From the IMG/VR virus record IMGVR_UViG_3300050821_004776: a stretch of 64,000 nt of DNA, one strand, 5' to 3'. The DNA comes from an uncultured virus (IMG/VR IMGVR_UViG_3300050821_004776) (lineage: Duplodnaviria > Heunggongvirae > Uroviricota > Caudoviricetes). The notes under the pieces are model-generated. The model was not told the DNA's origin. It saw nothing but the letters and a program-made list of their open reading frames with translations, and searched no databases. This document shows, in pieces, positions 1 through 10,740 of this stretch; positions within the stretch are counted from its first letter, which is position 1, and each line of letters starts with the position of its first letter. The position numbers and the translations under genes are program-made.

Positions 1-947
1 TCCCGGCGTCGCACGCCGCGCACTTCGGGGTGGCGGCCAAGAAGGCGGGCATCCCGGGCTTCGCGAGCGGCGGGGTCGCCGGGCAGATCGCGGGCATCCC
101 GGGCTTCGCGAGCGGCGGGGTCGCCGGGCAGATCGCGGGCATCGGCAACATCACGCCGTTCACGGACGCCACCAGCTCCAAGTTCGCCACCGACGCCGCT
201 AAGGGCTTCCTGGCCGCGATTGCCAAGGCCGCCGCGTCAGCGGCAATCCCCACGGCCGGCATCGCGGGGAACGTGCGGAGCTATGAGCCGGACATCATCC
301 AGGCCATGAAGATGATCGGCATCCCGATGTCGGACCTGGCCAACATCCTCGCCCAGATGACGACTGAGTCCGGCGGTAACCCGCTCGCCGTCAACAACTC
401 GGACTCCAACGCCAAGGCGGGAACTCCCTCCACCGGCCTCATGCAGGTCATCGGGCCAACATTCGCGGCGTACGCGGGACCGTACCGCAACGTCGGCCCG
501 TTCCTGAACGGCGTCTCCGTCAACCCGATGGCCAACATCTACGCCGGGCTGAATTACGCGGCCCATTCCTACGGAATCAAGAACCTCGCGGGAGTTCTCG
601 GCCATGGCCATGGCTACCGCGCCGGCGGCCTGGTGATGCCGGGAGCGGGCAGGCCGCACAGCGCCGGGGGCGTCATCAACGAGCCGGTGTACGGCTTCGG
701 GGCGCACTCGGGCATCCCGTACTCCTTCGCCGAGAACGGGCCAGAGCAGATCGTCCCCGCAGGGGCGTCAGCTCACGGCACGACCCAGACCATGCAGCCG
801 ATGACGACCTACCAGGGGCAGGCCGTCCTCACCTCCCTGGGCATGATGGTCAAGCTCCTCCAGCAGATGCCGTACGCCCAGGCTAAGGCCATGTCGGGCT
901 CTGCGGGAGCGGGAGTGCGGCACGGCTACTACGCCGCGCAGGGATGA
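1..947 (+). CDS. Tape measure protein, C-terminal part with SLT-type lytic transglycosylase domain (probably 5'-truncated by the window)
   Basis: GFASGG repeats and the QMTTESGGNP...GLMQVIGPTF transglycosylase motif; lies directly upstream of the tail genes. Confidence 0.85.
   Translation, partial: PASHAAHFGVAAKKAGIPGFASGGVAGQIAGIPGFASGGVAGQIAGIGNITPFTDATSSKFATDAAKGFLAAIAKAAASAAIPTAGIAGNVRSYEPDIIQAMKMIGIPMSDLANILAQMTTESGGNPLAVNNSDSNAKAGTPSTGLMQVIGPTFAAYAGPYRNVGPFLNGVSVNPMANIYAGLNYAAHSYGIKNLAGVLGHGHGYRAGGLVMPGAGRPHSAGGVINEPVYGFGAHSGIPYSFAENGPEQIVPAGASAHGTTQTMQPMTTYQGQAVLTSLGMMVKLLQQMPYAQAKAMSGSAGAGVRHGYYAAQG
45..143 (+). repeat. In-frame 45-bp exact tandem repeat (2.2 copies; AGIPGFASGGVAGQI)
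   Basis: Copies start at 45, 90 and (partial) 135. Confidence 0.9.
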
Positions 948-1018
948 ACTAGACTGACCGGCAGGGAGCGCCCCGGACCCCCGGAGGACTGGCCCGATAA
1001 CGACGGCAAGGAGCATTC

Positions 1019-4000
1019 GTGGCCGCCTATTCGGGCTCGGGCAATTTTCCGTACTGGGTGACCATCACCAATACCGGTGGCGTCACAGGCGCTGCCGCGC
1101 AGTCCGAGAACATCCCGGTTACAGCGAGCACGCAATATCAGTTTAATGTCATTGCCTCTTTCGCCGCCACCTGGGCGAGTGGTGCCCAGCTATCCCTGAC
1201 ATTCTGCAACGCTAGCGGCGCTACCATTTCCACGTTTACTTCCACGCCGTCGAGCATGACCGGCGGAGTTCTTTACCAGCTCAATACAGGACTCGTCACT
1301 GCCCCCGCCGGATCAGTATTCGCCTTCGCGCAGATCATCCTGGCAGGCAACGCCACCAGTGCGCTGAGCGTTTACCAGGCTGAGATTGACGATCAGAACT
1401 ACAACCAGGTCAACGTCAACTACGCGTTCTCCTGGACGTTCTGGCCGTGGTCCGCCGTCCAGGCTTCCACCATCCTCGCCTGGAACTCCAGCCCGCTCCT
1501 GCCGAACGACTCTGACTCCCTCGTGCTCGACGGCGCTATCGAGGTCATGGGCGGCGCGCAGGGGGTCCAGTGCGCGCTCCCCGAGCTGCTCGACTCCAAC
1601 GGCCAGGGGCCGGTCTTCCGCATCCTCGCGCCGCCGTCGCTCAACTCGGCCGCGTTCGGTTATGAGTCGTCTTACGACCTGAACGCCCCCCAGCCCACGC
1701 AGGACGTCGTCTCCTCCATGCTCCTGGACGGCGAGCGGCCCTTCGGCGAGCGCGCGTCCAACCGCACGATCAGCCTGCCCGTCATCATCTTCGGCACGCT
1801 GGCCGGCGGGATGTCCCAGGTGCTGCGAGCGCGTGAGTACCTGATGTCGATCATCGACCAGCAGGTATGGCAGATCAAGTGGACTCCGGCCGATACCGGC
1901 CTGCCCATGATCTTCGATTGCTTCCGCGCGCTGCCCAGCGTCCCGCTCTACGGCTTCAACTACTCCGCCGGCGGCTCGGCCACCAACGCGACGATCGGCC
2001 GTCCCAACTACCCGATCGCCCTGCTGACCCTCTCGATCCAGGCGCTGCCTTACGGGCGCAGCGACATCGACGGCGTGCAGCAGCTATCGTTCAACAGCCC
2101 CGTCATCAACGGCGTCCCCACAGTCCCGGCATCCACCCTGGACACCTTCAATACGGTGTTCAACCCGCCGCCCGTCATCAACGCCCCGGTCTGGACCGCG
2201 ATCGGCACCGCTAACCCGACGTCGGTGTCCTCCTGGAACATCACCACCACCCATACCGCCGTGGTGACCGATTCCATCATCGTTGAGGTGCAGTCCGCTG
2301 CCAACACGATCACGGGCGTCACTGACTCGGCAGGCAACGTCTACTCCCTGCTCAGTGCCGCGTCTACCGGCGGTGCGTGCTGGCAGTCCCTGTGGATCGC
2401 GCCCGTGTCCACGACGCTGAACTCCAGCGGCACCATCACCATCACCGCCAGCGGCTCGGCGAGCTTCTCCTCGGCCGCCTACAGCGTCACCGGGGCCTGG
2501 ACCAAGGCCGCGATCGCCCTGAGCGTCACCGGCACCGCGTCCACGGAGAACGCCACCCTGGCCGGCAATCAGTACAATATGCTGCTCAGCGCCACCTACG
2601 GCCTCGGCAGCGCGGGCGGCACGCCGACGAACTGGACGAGCATCGCGGGCAACTCCGGCAACGGCTTTAACGACACCCTGTCGTACTACTGCGTGCCGCT
2701 CAACCAGTCCACCGCGTCCTACGCGGTCGCTACCCTGCCCAACCCGTGGGGCGCGATCGTGGTAGCCCTCCAGCCTGTCAACCAGTACTGGAACCAGGAC
2801 ATCACCACGCCCCCGCCGACCTTCATCGGCCACAGCACGCACTACACCCCGCCGGTCCCGATCAAGGCCCCGTACCCGGCGGCGGTCTACAGCCAGGTCC
2901 TCCCGGCTCCCGTGAACATCGTCGGCTGCCCTGTCCTGTCGATGTACTTCGGCCAGGCTTATGACACGAGCTGGCCCAAGGACCCGAAATTCCAGTCCAA
3001 CAACGTTTTCTCCTGGACCCTGACCGATAACACGGGCCGGACGCTGAACTTCTCCCTGTCCAAGAAGAAGGTGTATTACGGCGTCAATCCGACAGCCCCG
3101 AAATGGACGCTGATCAATGCCAGCATTCCGCAGGGCCGTGCGTTTAACTACAACAATGTCGTAGCTTACAGCGTCCGCATCACGAACTGGTCGGCGAGCG
3201 GCCATACCGGGTACATCCGCCTGCACTGCTGGCTGAACGACATCGTCGCGAATCCCCAGACAATCCAGAACCCGGTCTCGCCGCGCGGCTCGGTCTACCA
3301 GCTCTTCAGCATGCCCGGCAGTGCGCGCTCGCCCGTCAGCGTCCAGTGCCAGCTCCCGGCGGCGGCCCCGGTCACGAAGGAAATCACCACGCCGTCGAGC
3401 GGCACCTGGGTTGTCCCCCCGGGTGTGTACTCAGTTCAGGCTGAAGCCTGGGGAGCCGGCGGGGCCGGGGCCGCGCTCAACCTCAGCCGGGCGATCTGCG
3501 GCGGCGGAGGCGGCGGCGGAGGCTACTCCCAGGAACCCGCGCTGCCTGTCCTCCCCGGCCAGAAGATTCCCTGGTCGATCGGGGCCGGGGGACTGCCAGG
3601 ACAGCTCGCGCCCACCGTGACCCAGTACACCAGTCCCGGCCTCGGCCACTGGACCTGCCCCGCGAACGTCACCTCGGTCCTGGCCGAAGTCTGGGGCGGC
3701 GGCGCGGCCGGCGGAGCCGGTGCGGGCGGCGGCGGAGGCGGTGCGTACGGACGGCTCAATCTCCCGGTAACCCCCGGGATGACGTACTCCCTGTGGACCG
3801 GCAGGGGCGGCAAGGCCGACACGGGCACCAGCTCCGCGCAGGTAGCCTCCCGCCAGGGCGTGGCATCCTGGTTCGGGCCGCCGGGCAACCTGCAAGCGAA
3901 CACGTCCTACATCCAGGCAGGCGGCGGCCAGACCGCACTCACCGGCAGCACCGGGGGCGGTTACGGCGGCAACGGCAACGTGGTTGTCGCACCGCAGGCG

Positions 4001-7000
4001 CAGATGGCGACTATCTACTCCAACACCTTCGCCGCCAGCAAGACGTTCACTCCCCAGCTCAACACCGGTACCAAAACGCTGGTGGCCGGCACTACGGGCT
4101 TGCTCGTCATGGTGACGCCCGCCGCCGCTGCCATCGCGATCATCGACACCGGGGGCAACGTCTGGACCCAGCTCGCCGTGTCCAGCAACGGAAGCTGTTT
4201 CACCTACGTCTTTGCCTGCCCCAACCCGGGCAAGCCGCTCAACGCCGCCAGCAAGATCGTGGTCTCGCAGAGCGTCAGCCAGGCCGCTGCCATCGGGATC
4301 TTCTCGGTTCCGTGGGTGGTCGCCCAGGACTCAGTGGCCGTCACAGGCTCGGGCTCCTCGGCCGCGCCGTCGATCACCTCCAGTACCCCGGCGAACGCGG
4401 GCGACCTGGTTATCGCGATCTTCTCCAATCCCAGCGCGAACACTAACAGCACCCCGGCCAACTGGACCTCCTTCGGGAACTTCGGTTCCGGCTCGCTGTT
4501 CACCAACGTGTTCGCGATCCAGAACAGCGGCACCGGCACCGAGACCGCGACGTCCTCCTACGCCGTATCACATGCCTGGAACGCCATCGCCCTGACGTTC
4601 GGCACGGAAGTCCACCTGCCGGGCGGTCGCGGCGGTACCTCCCCGGGCACGGGCGGCGGCGGGGGCGGCGGCGCGGCAGGCGCTACGGGTGCCGGCGGCC
4701 CCGGCGGGGACTCCCAGCCGTTCACCGCCAGCCTCGGCCACTGGACCGGCGGCGGCACGGGCGGCACGGGAACCGGGCAAGGAGGCGCAGGCGGTACCGG
4801 CGCTAACGCTCCCGGCTTCCCCCAGCCGGGCTTCGCCCCCGGCGGCGGCGGCGGCGGCGGTTACCAGAGCGCCCCGCTCGCATCCCCGATCAACCCCTCG
4901 GTACAGCTCCCCGGCACGCAGCAGGTGAACTACCTGGGCGCTGACGGCGCGACAGGCATGGTGCAGCTCACCTACTACGTAGGCAGCGGATCGCCTGTGA
5001 ACGGAGGTAACACCACCTTCGGCTCGGCGGGCACCACGGGCACGGTCGTCACCGCGAACGGCGGCCAGTCAGCGGCGAACAACAGCGCCACGGGCGCGGC
5101 AGGCGGCACCGCCGGCGGGAATACCATCTCGTTCGCGGGCGGTACGGGCGGCCTGGTCACCAGCGGCGCGCAGGGCTCCTACATGGTCTCGCCCCGGGCG
5201 GCCTCGGTCTTCCAGGCTCTCGCCACCGCGACCTACAACGCGACGACAGGAACCTCCCCGGCCTCGTCGTCCTCGTGCGCCCAGGGCGTCGCGGTCGCGC
5301 TGATCGAGTCCACGGCCAAGGTCACCGACCTGTCAGTCACGGACTCTGCCGGCAACATCTACACCTTGCAGGGCATCCAGGCTGCGGGCGCGGGAGCTAA
5401 CGGCGTCACCCTGTACGCTTACGTGGCTAACATCGAGTTCCCCATCACTACCTCTACGACCATCACCGCCACCTCGGCTACCAGCCAGCAGTACGGGATC
5501 ATGTGGCAGGCGTCGCCCTGGCTGGCGGCAGGTGTTTCAGCGGGTAACAGCGGTTCCGGTAACGGCACGAGCGGATCTTTCACCGGCCAGTTCGGTGTTA
5601 ACGACACGGAGACCGTCGAAATCGAACTGGGTGTCGTACTCAGCGACGGCAGCACCACCGTAGGCAGTCTCACCCAGACCAAGACCTGGTTCAATGCGGC
5701 GTCTACGAACTCCCTCGCGGCCGGCACCATGACCATGACCGCCTACACCATGCAGAACCAGGGCGGCGGCACGGGCGCGGTCAGCACGGGCGACGTCTTC
5801 AGCGGCTCCCTGTCCGGCTCGGCGAACTGGGCGGTGCTGTGCGTGCCTCTGGCGCTGATGAACCAGCAGGCCGCGATGATCAAGATCGACTGGCGTGTCG
5901 GGACCACGCCCGGTGCGCAGACCACATGGGCCACTGAGGCGGCGATCTCGGCGAACGGGCTCCTGCTGGTGATGGGCGTGTGCGGCTCCGGGGCCTCGAT
6001 CACCACCGGTCCCACTGCCATGGCCGATGCCGCCGGCAACACCTACACCATCAAGAAGACCACCGTGCTGCCTTCCAGCGGCGGGGCCATGTTCGTAGCC
6101 ACCGCACCGGTCACGCATGCCATGGCGGCGGGTACCACGGGCACCTACAACTGGGGGACCGCCTCGGCCGCGCCCGAGTACGTGATCAATACCTACTGGC
6201 TGCCCAACGCGACCAGCGCCGGCGTGGACACCAACGGCGTCACCGCCGTCACGGGCAGCGGCACTGCCGTAGCGGGCTCCTACACTCCCGCTAACCCTAA
6301 CGACCTGCTGGTGGCGTTCAACCCCGCAGTCTTCACCGGCGAGACCTGGAGCAGCCCGGGAGCGCCGTGGAACCTGATGGACGCCACCCTCCAGTCCTAT
6401 GAGCAGACCACCACCTGGGCCGCGCAGGCCACTGACCTGGCCGCGACCAGCTTCGCCTCTACCCTGGGCACTACCGCGCCCTGGGGCCTGTTCCTGTTCG
6501 GCGTGCAGATGCAGCTCGCGGGTGCCGGAGGCGGGGCCGGGGCAGGCCCGAACGGTCCTGGCTATCCGGGAGTGTGGCAGTTCGGCGCTCCCGGCTTCGC
6601 GGGCGCGGGCAAGGGCGGCGTCGGCGCGGGCACCGTCAACGCTCAGGGCGGCGGCGCGTCCCTGATGGGCGGCGGAGGCGGCGGGGCCTACAGCAACAAC
6701 ACCACCGCCGACGAGGGCGGCCAGGGAGCACAGGGAGGCGTGCGCCTGACGTGGGCTCCGCCCCTCCAGACGTTCAGCAACCTGATCGTGCACAGCCTCG
6801 GCTCGAACTCCGACCCGAATGTCAACCCGATCGTTCCTATCCCGATCACCGACGTCCCGAACAACACCGAATACACCGTGCCGTCCGTGAGCGGGCTCCT
6901 GCCTGCCTCATTCTCCTCCACGTACACCATTCTCCTGGCCGCGTACACCTGGAATAACGCATCGTCGTCATCCCCGCGCCAGGTTACGGTCACGGTCAAC

Positions 7001-7498
7001 CAGTACGAGTACCCGGGCGGCCCCCGCTATTCCGTGCAGGCTTCCCGCGCGGTAACTCCAGCGACCGACAGCGTCAACGGGCTCATGTCCATGGGCGAGG
7101 TGACACTGCCGATCAAGGACTACATCGCCTACAACGACCAGAGCTATTTCACGGTCTCGATCAACGACAGCGACACGGGCGACCGCTTCATGGACGTCCT
7201 GTTCCTGGATACCACCGGCCAGACCGCCTTGATCAACATCGACCCTTGCCAGGCGGGCTACGGGCAGTACGTGAACTACTTCATTGACGAGCCCACGCCC
7301 GACCGTGACCTCGGCTTCGTCGGCGCGAGCTTCCAGGACCGGCAGCACCAGGTCAGTGTTCTCGATTACGCGCAGCTCGACGGCGGCCCGCTCTACATCG
7401 GTCCCGGGGACAATCTCTTCCTGGTGTACTCCACCAGCGGAGCGCCTGATCTCGCCTTGTCTTACGCCCCGCGCTGGTACCTTGACCGGAGTGTATAA
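1019..7498 (+). CDS. Very large minor tail / tail fibre-like protein (2159 aa) with glycine-rich domains
   Basis: Position after tape measure; repeated W(G)GGGGGG glycine-rich domains and repeated TDSAGNxY beta-rich modules. Confidence 0.75.
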   Translation: MAAYSGSGNFPYWVTITNTGGVTGAAAQSENIPVTASTQYQFNVIASFAATWASGAQLSLTFCNASGATISTFTSTPSSMTGGVLYQLNTGLVTAPAGSVFAFAQIILAGNATSALSVYQAEIDDQNYNQVNVNYAFSWTFWPWSAVQASTILAWNSSPLLPNDSDSLVLDGAIEVMGGAQGVQCALPELLDSNGQGPVFRILAPPSLNSAAFGYESSYDLNAPQPTQDVVSSMLLDGERPFGERASNRTISLPVIIFGTLAGGMSQVLRAREYLMSIIDQQVWQIKWTPADTGLPMIFDCFRALPSVPLYGFNYSAGGSATNATIGRPNYPIALLTLSIQALPYGRSDIDGVQQLSFNSPVINGVPTVPASTLDTFNTVFNPPPVINAPVWTAIGTANPTSVSSWNITTTHTAVVTDSIIVEVQSAANTITGVTDSAGNVYSLLSAASTGGACWQSLWIAPVSTTLNSSGTITITASGSASFSSAAYSVTGAWTKAAIALSVTGTASTENATLAGNQYNMLLSATYGLGSAGGTPTNWTSIAGNSGNGFNDTLSYYCVPLNQSTASYAVATLPNPWGAIVVALQPVNQYWNQDITTPPPTFIGHSTHYTPPVPIKAPYPAAVYSQVLPAPVNIVGCPVLSMYFGQAYDTSWPKDPKFQSNNVFSWTLTDNTGRTLNFSLSKKKVYYGVNPTAPKWTLINASIPQGRAFNYNNVVAYSVRITNWSASGHTGYIRLHCWLNDIVANPQTIQNPVSPRGSVYQLFSMPGSARSPVSVQCQLPAAAPVTKEITTPSSGTWVVPPGVYSVQAEAWGAGGAGAALNLSRAICGGGGGGGGYSQEPALPVLPGQKIPWSIGAGGLPGQLAPTVTQYTSPGLGHWTCPANVTSVLAEVWGGGAAGGAGAGGGGGGAYGRLNLPVTPGMTYSLWTGRGGKADTGTSSAQVASRQGVASWFGPPGNLQANTSYIQAGGGQTALTGSTGGGYGGNGNVVVAPQAQMATIYSNTFAASKTFTPQLNTGTKTLVAGTTGLLVMVTPAAAAIAIIDTGGNVWTQLAVSSNGSCFTYVFACPNPGKPLNAASKIVVSQSVSQAAAIGIFSVPWVVAQDSVAVTGSGSSAAPSITSSTPANAGDLVIAIFSNPSANTNSTPANWTSFGNFGSGSLFTNVFAIQNSGTGTETATSSYAVSHAWNAIALTFGTEVHLPGGRGGTSPGTGGGGGGGAAGATGAGGPGGDSQPFTASLGHWTGGGTGGTGTGQGGAGGTGANAPGFPQPGFAPGGGGGGGYQSAPLASPINPSVQLPGTQQVNYLGADGATGMVQLTYYVGSGSPVNGGNTTFGSAGTTGTVVTANGGQSAANNSATGAAGGTAGGNTISFAGGTGGLVTSGAQGSYMVSPRAASVFQALATATYNATTGTSPASSSSCAQGVAVALIESTAKVTDLSVTDSAGNIYTLQGIQAAGAGANGVTLYAYVANIEFPITTSTTITATSATSQQYGIMWQASPWLAAGVSAGNSGSGNGTSGSFTGQFGVNDTETVEIELGVVLSDGSTTVGSLTQTKTWFNAASTNSLAAGTMTMTAYTMQNQGGGTGAVSTGDVFSGSLSGSANWAVLCVPLALMNQQAAMIKIDWRVGTTPGAQTTWATEAAISANGLLLVMGVCGSGASITTGPTAMADAAGNTYTIKKTTVLPSSGGAMFVATAPVTHAMAAGTTGTYNWGTASAAPEYVINTYWLPNATSAGVDTNGVTAVTGSGTAVAGSYTPANPNDLLVAFNPAVFTGETWSSPGAPWNLMDATLQSYEQTTTWAAQATDLAATSFASTLGTTAPWGLFLFGVQMQLAGAGGGAGAGPNGPGYPGVWQFGAPGFAGAGKGGVGAGTVNAQGGGASLMGGGGGGAYSNNTTADEGGQGAQGGVRLTWAPPLQTFSNLIVHSLGSNSDPNVNPIVPIPITDVPNNTEYTVPSVSGLLPASFSSTYTILLAAYTWNNASSSSPRQVTVTVNQYEYPGGPRYSVQASRAVTPATDSVNGLMSMGEVTLPIKDYIAYNDQSYFTVSINDSDTGDRFMDVLFLDTTGQTALINIDPCQAGYGQYVNYFIDEPTPDRDLGFVGASFQDRQHQVSVLDYAQLDGGPLYIGPGDNLFLVYSTSGAPDLALSYAPRWYLDRSV

Positions 7499-10402
7499 AT
7501 GACTGCCTCCAGGCCCCCGAATCCTAAGCTCGGGAAATCCACGGCGCTCACCAAGGCGCAGGGCACTTCCGTCCGGCTGAGCACGCTCGTGCCGACCCTG
7601 ACGTCCGTCAATTCCCCGTCCCTGGTCTACCAGCCTGATGCCGTAGGCGGCGTGGGGAACGAGCTGACCGCGCCTACAGGCGGCTCGATCAGCGGGTTCT
7701 ACGGCGTGTGGGTCGCACCGGACCTCAATGGCGACGGCTCGGAGTACACCGTCCAGGTAGAGTGCTTCGGCGGCGGCGGCGGCGGAGGGGGCGGGAACGC
7801 CAGCCAGGGCGGCGGAGGCGGGGGCGGCGGGGAGTACGCCTGCGAAGACCAGTACCCCGTGAAACCAGGTAACAGTTATGCGTGGCTGGTAGGCAACCCT
7901 GGCAGCGGGGGCTACAACAACAGCACGTCGATCAACCCCGGGGCGGCCGGAACTGACGGCGGGACCACCGTTTTCGATCTCACGAGCCTCGGCCTGGCCG
8001 GCGGGGTCATGGCCCACGGCGGCCAGGGGGGCGACCAGACCTCGATCGGCATCGGCGGCGACGGCGGCGACGGCTCCGGCAACTCCATTCATTTTCCCGG
8101 AGGTGCCGGGGCGACGAACAACTCCGCCAACGGCTCCGATGATCCTTCTAGCCTGATCCAGATCAGCGGCAGCTCCTATTGGACGCCCAGCACGGTCAAC
8201 GGCAGCTCCTGGGTGCAGGAACTGATCCTCAACGACGATACGCATGGCACGAACGTCCTTAACGACGCGTCATTCACTACTAACGGCGCTGTTGTCACCA
8301 ATTATTCTCCTGGCGGTCTTGCCTCGTCCAGCGATGGAGTTACCGGAGCGCCTACGCAGGTTCCGGCCTACGCATCGACAGCGGAAACATACGGCACTAA
8401 CCCCACTATCGCCGGTGGCTGCGTGCATTTTACTGTAGGCCAGGCAACCAAGCCATCCGCCCGCATTCTCTGCTCGGGATTCGGGCTTTCCGGTTCACAC
8501 TTTACCCTGGCCGTATGGGTACAGGCCCCGGACGGCATATGGGCCAATAATACGTATACAGGAGCTAAGGGACTAGTAGCCTCTAACCGGGCAAGCTACC
8601 CGGGAAATACCGCCGGCTATTCCATCTACTTTCAGAATACCGGTACCGCCTCCAGTCCTGTGTGGACATTGTTTTTCAGCACGGGCACCGGATCTGACCA
8701 CGGCACGATCTCCAGTCCTGTTCCGGCCACCCCGGGCACATGGTATTACATCGTCTGCACTTTTGACTCAGGCGTTCATAACCTGTGGGTGAACAACGTC
8801 AAGGTGGCTACGGGCACCACTGCGTACACAAGCGTGCCGGGAGGGACTTACCACACATCCCTGGGGCTCAATCCCGTGAATACCAATGACCAGTTCTTCG
8901 GCTACATGTCGAATTTCTGGGCGGTTAACGGGAACGGCGCGCAATCGGCGCTGATAGCCCAGGCGTACGGCCTGACCCCGGCGACCGGCGGCGGCGGGGG
9001 CGGAGCCTCAGGAGGCCCGAGCGCGCCCGGAGGCGTCGGCCTGGCGGCGGCAGGAGCCACAGGGGGTACCGGCGGCTCGCCTCCCGTGCAGCCCGCCAGC
9101 CTCCTGAGCACCACCACGCAGTCGATGGGCGGTTTCTTCGGCGGCAACGCGGGTACCGGCGGCGGCTTCAGCAGTTCCGGCGGCGGCTTTTCCGGCGGGG
9201 GCGGCGGCGGCAGCGGCGACATGCCCGCCAACCCTGCGCAGGTGACACTCCAGTTCCCGTTCCCCAGCGCCGCCACCTACTGCGGGACCGATGCCGGCTC
9301 CAACGCGGGCAGCCTGTACAACGTCAACCAGCAGAGCAACGCGGGCAGCGGCATCAATTCCCTGCTGTACTCCGGCGGCCAGGCATCCGAGCTGGCCAGC
9401 GGGACCAAGAACTGCATGCTGCTATTGCCCGCCGGCCTCGCTCAGCAACTCGGCGCAGGTGCCTGGGCGATCGCCGGCCTGTTCCTGACCGTGACCAATG
9501 CCTATCCGGACAACACCGTGGAATCGATCCTGGAAATCGGGTATTCCTCGGACACGGTGCTGCCCGAGACCTACACAGGGGCGTCACTGACCGCCTACGC
9601 GGGAGCGCTGCCCATTCCCCCCGGCGCGGGCACGATCACCTATGACCTCTCGCAGAGCCCCCTGGCCACCAGTAATATCCTCACCAACGGCACCGCCACG
9701 GCCCTGGTGATCGGCCCTGGCACTACTCCGGGATTCGACGCTTACAACGCGCCCAGCGGACCCGCGTTCTACTGCGCGATCTACGGGCCGGGAGCCTATG
9801 ACAAGTTCGGCAACCCGCAGTTCCCCTACCTGACAGTTATTATCGAGAAGACCCTGACGGGTCAGTACGGTAGCCCCGGCGGTCCCGGCGGGATACTGAT
9901 CACCGCAGTAAATAACACGGCTATTCCCGTGGGGCTCACGAACGCCTTCGCAGGGAAAGACGACGGCGGGAACCAGTACGCGGCAGGCTACACGGGCACT
10001 GTCACGGCGTTCCAGCCAGGCGGCACCCCCGGTGCCTTCGTCCCGGAAACCTGGCATAAGGCAACGCTCGCAAGCCCCTGGACCGGGACCGGCAACGGCT
10101 ACAACGGCTTCTGGTACCGGATGAATCCGGACGGTTTCTGTGAGGCCGTTTTCGATGTCGGGCCTTCATCTAGCGTTAACAGTCCCTCGACAATAGTCAG
10201 TGCTGGCACGATTCCTTCCAGCTATTATCCTTCGGCGAGCACTAATGCCGGACCTTGCTGTGTGTACGGAGCACTGGGGTCCGGTTCTGTAATTCCGTAC
10301 CTTGAAATCTCAAATACCGGTCAGGCAATCGCGCAGAGCATTGGTTCTGGAAGCACAGCAAAGCTCGCCGGTTATATCCGCTGGTGGCCGGGAACGCCGT
10401 AA
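7499..10402 (+). CDS. Minor tail protein (967 aa), glycine-rich with a LamG/concanavalin-like domain
   Basis: Poly-Gly tracts; FTLAVWV...GTWYYIVCTFD...LWVN LamG-like signature; tail context. Confidence 0.7.
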   Translation: MTASRPPNPKLGKSTALTKAQGTSVRLSTLVPTLTSVNSPSLVYQPDAVGGVGNELTAPTGGSISGFYGVWVAPDLNGDGSEYTVQVECFGGGGGGGGGNASQGGGGGGGGEYACEDQYPVKPGNSYAWLVGNPGSGGYNNSTSINPGAAGTDGGTTVFDLTSLGLAGGVMAHGGQGGDQTSIGIGGDGGDGSGNSIHFPGGAGATNNSANGSDDPSSLIQISGSSYWTPSTVNGSSWVQELILNDDTHGTNVLNDASFTTNGAVVTNYSPGGLASSSDGVTGAPTQVPAYASTAETYGTNPTIAGGCVHFTVGQATKPSARILCSGFGLSGSHFTLAVWVQAPDGIWANNTYTGAKGLVASNRASYPGNTAGYSIYFQNTGTASSPVWTLFFSTGTGSDHGTISSPVPATPGTWYYIVCTFDSGVHNLWVNNVKVATGTTAYTSVPGGTYHTSLGLNPVNTNDQFFGYMSNFWAVNGNGAQSALIAQAYGLTPATGGGGGGASGGPSAPGGVGLAAAGATGGTGGSPPVQPASLLSTTTQSMGGFFGGNAGTGGGFSSSGGGFSGGGGGGSGDMPANPAQVTLQFPFPSAATYCGTDAGSNAGSLYNVNQQSNAGSGINSLLYSGGQASELASGTKNCMLLLPAGLAQQLGAGAWAIAGLFLTVTNAYPDNTVESILEIGYSSDTVLPETYTGASLTAYAGALPIPPGAGTITYDLSQSPLATSNILTNGTATALVIGPGTTPGFDAYNAPSGPAFYCAIYGPGAYDKFGNPQFPYLTVIIEKTLTGQYGSPGGPGGILITAVNNTAIPVGLTNAFAGKDDGGNQYAAGYTGTVTAFQPGGTPGAFVPETWHKATLASPWTGTGNGYNGFWYRMNPDGFCEAVFDVGPSSSVNSPSTIVSAGTIPSSYYPSASTNAGPCCVYGALGSGSVIPYLEISNTGQAIAQSIGSGSTAKLAGYIRWWPGTP

Positions 10403-10417
10403 CGAGAGGAAATAAAG

Positions 10418-10711
10418 ATGACCGCAGGAATCCAGCCCAGTCAGGCGGGGCTCAATGCCACTGCCGGGAACATCGTCATCAACGCGCGTAACGCGCTCCA
10501 GCAGATCCTGTTCTTCAACGACTACATCAACAACCTGGGGCAGGCCGGGCTGGTGGCCCTGGGATTCACCACTGACGACGCTAACCTCATGCTCGCGGTA
10601 TTCGGCAATATGTCGGCGATTTCTAACACCTGCCTGGGCGAGCCCTACACCGGGCCGTCGCTGCCGTTCAACTTCCTGGCGCAGACCATCCCCCTCTGGG
10701 GCGGCCAGTAG
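10418..10711 (+). CDS. Small hypothetical protein in tail module
   Basis: 97-aa ORF with upstream GAGGA RBS. Confidence 0.65.
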   Translation: MTAGIQPSQAGLNATAGNIVINARNALQQILFFNDYINNLGQAGLVALGFTTDDANLMLAVFGNMSAISNTCLGEPYTGPSLPFNFLAQTIPLWGGQ

Positions 10712-10740
10712 TAGGCTACGGCGGAAGGCGGTGAACGAGA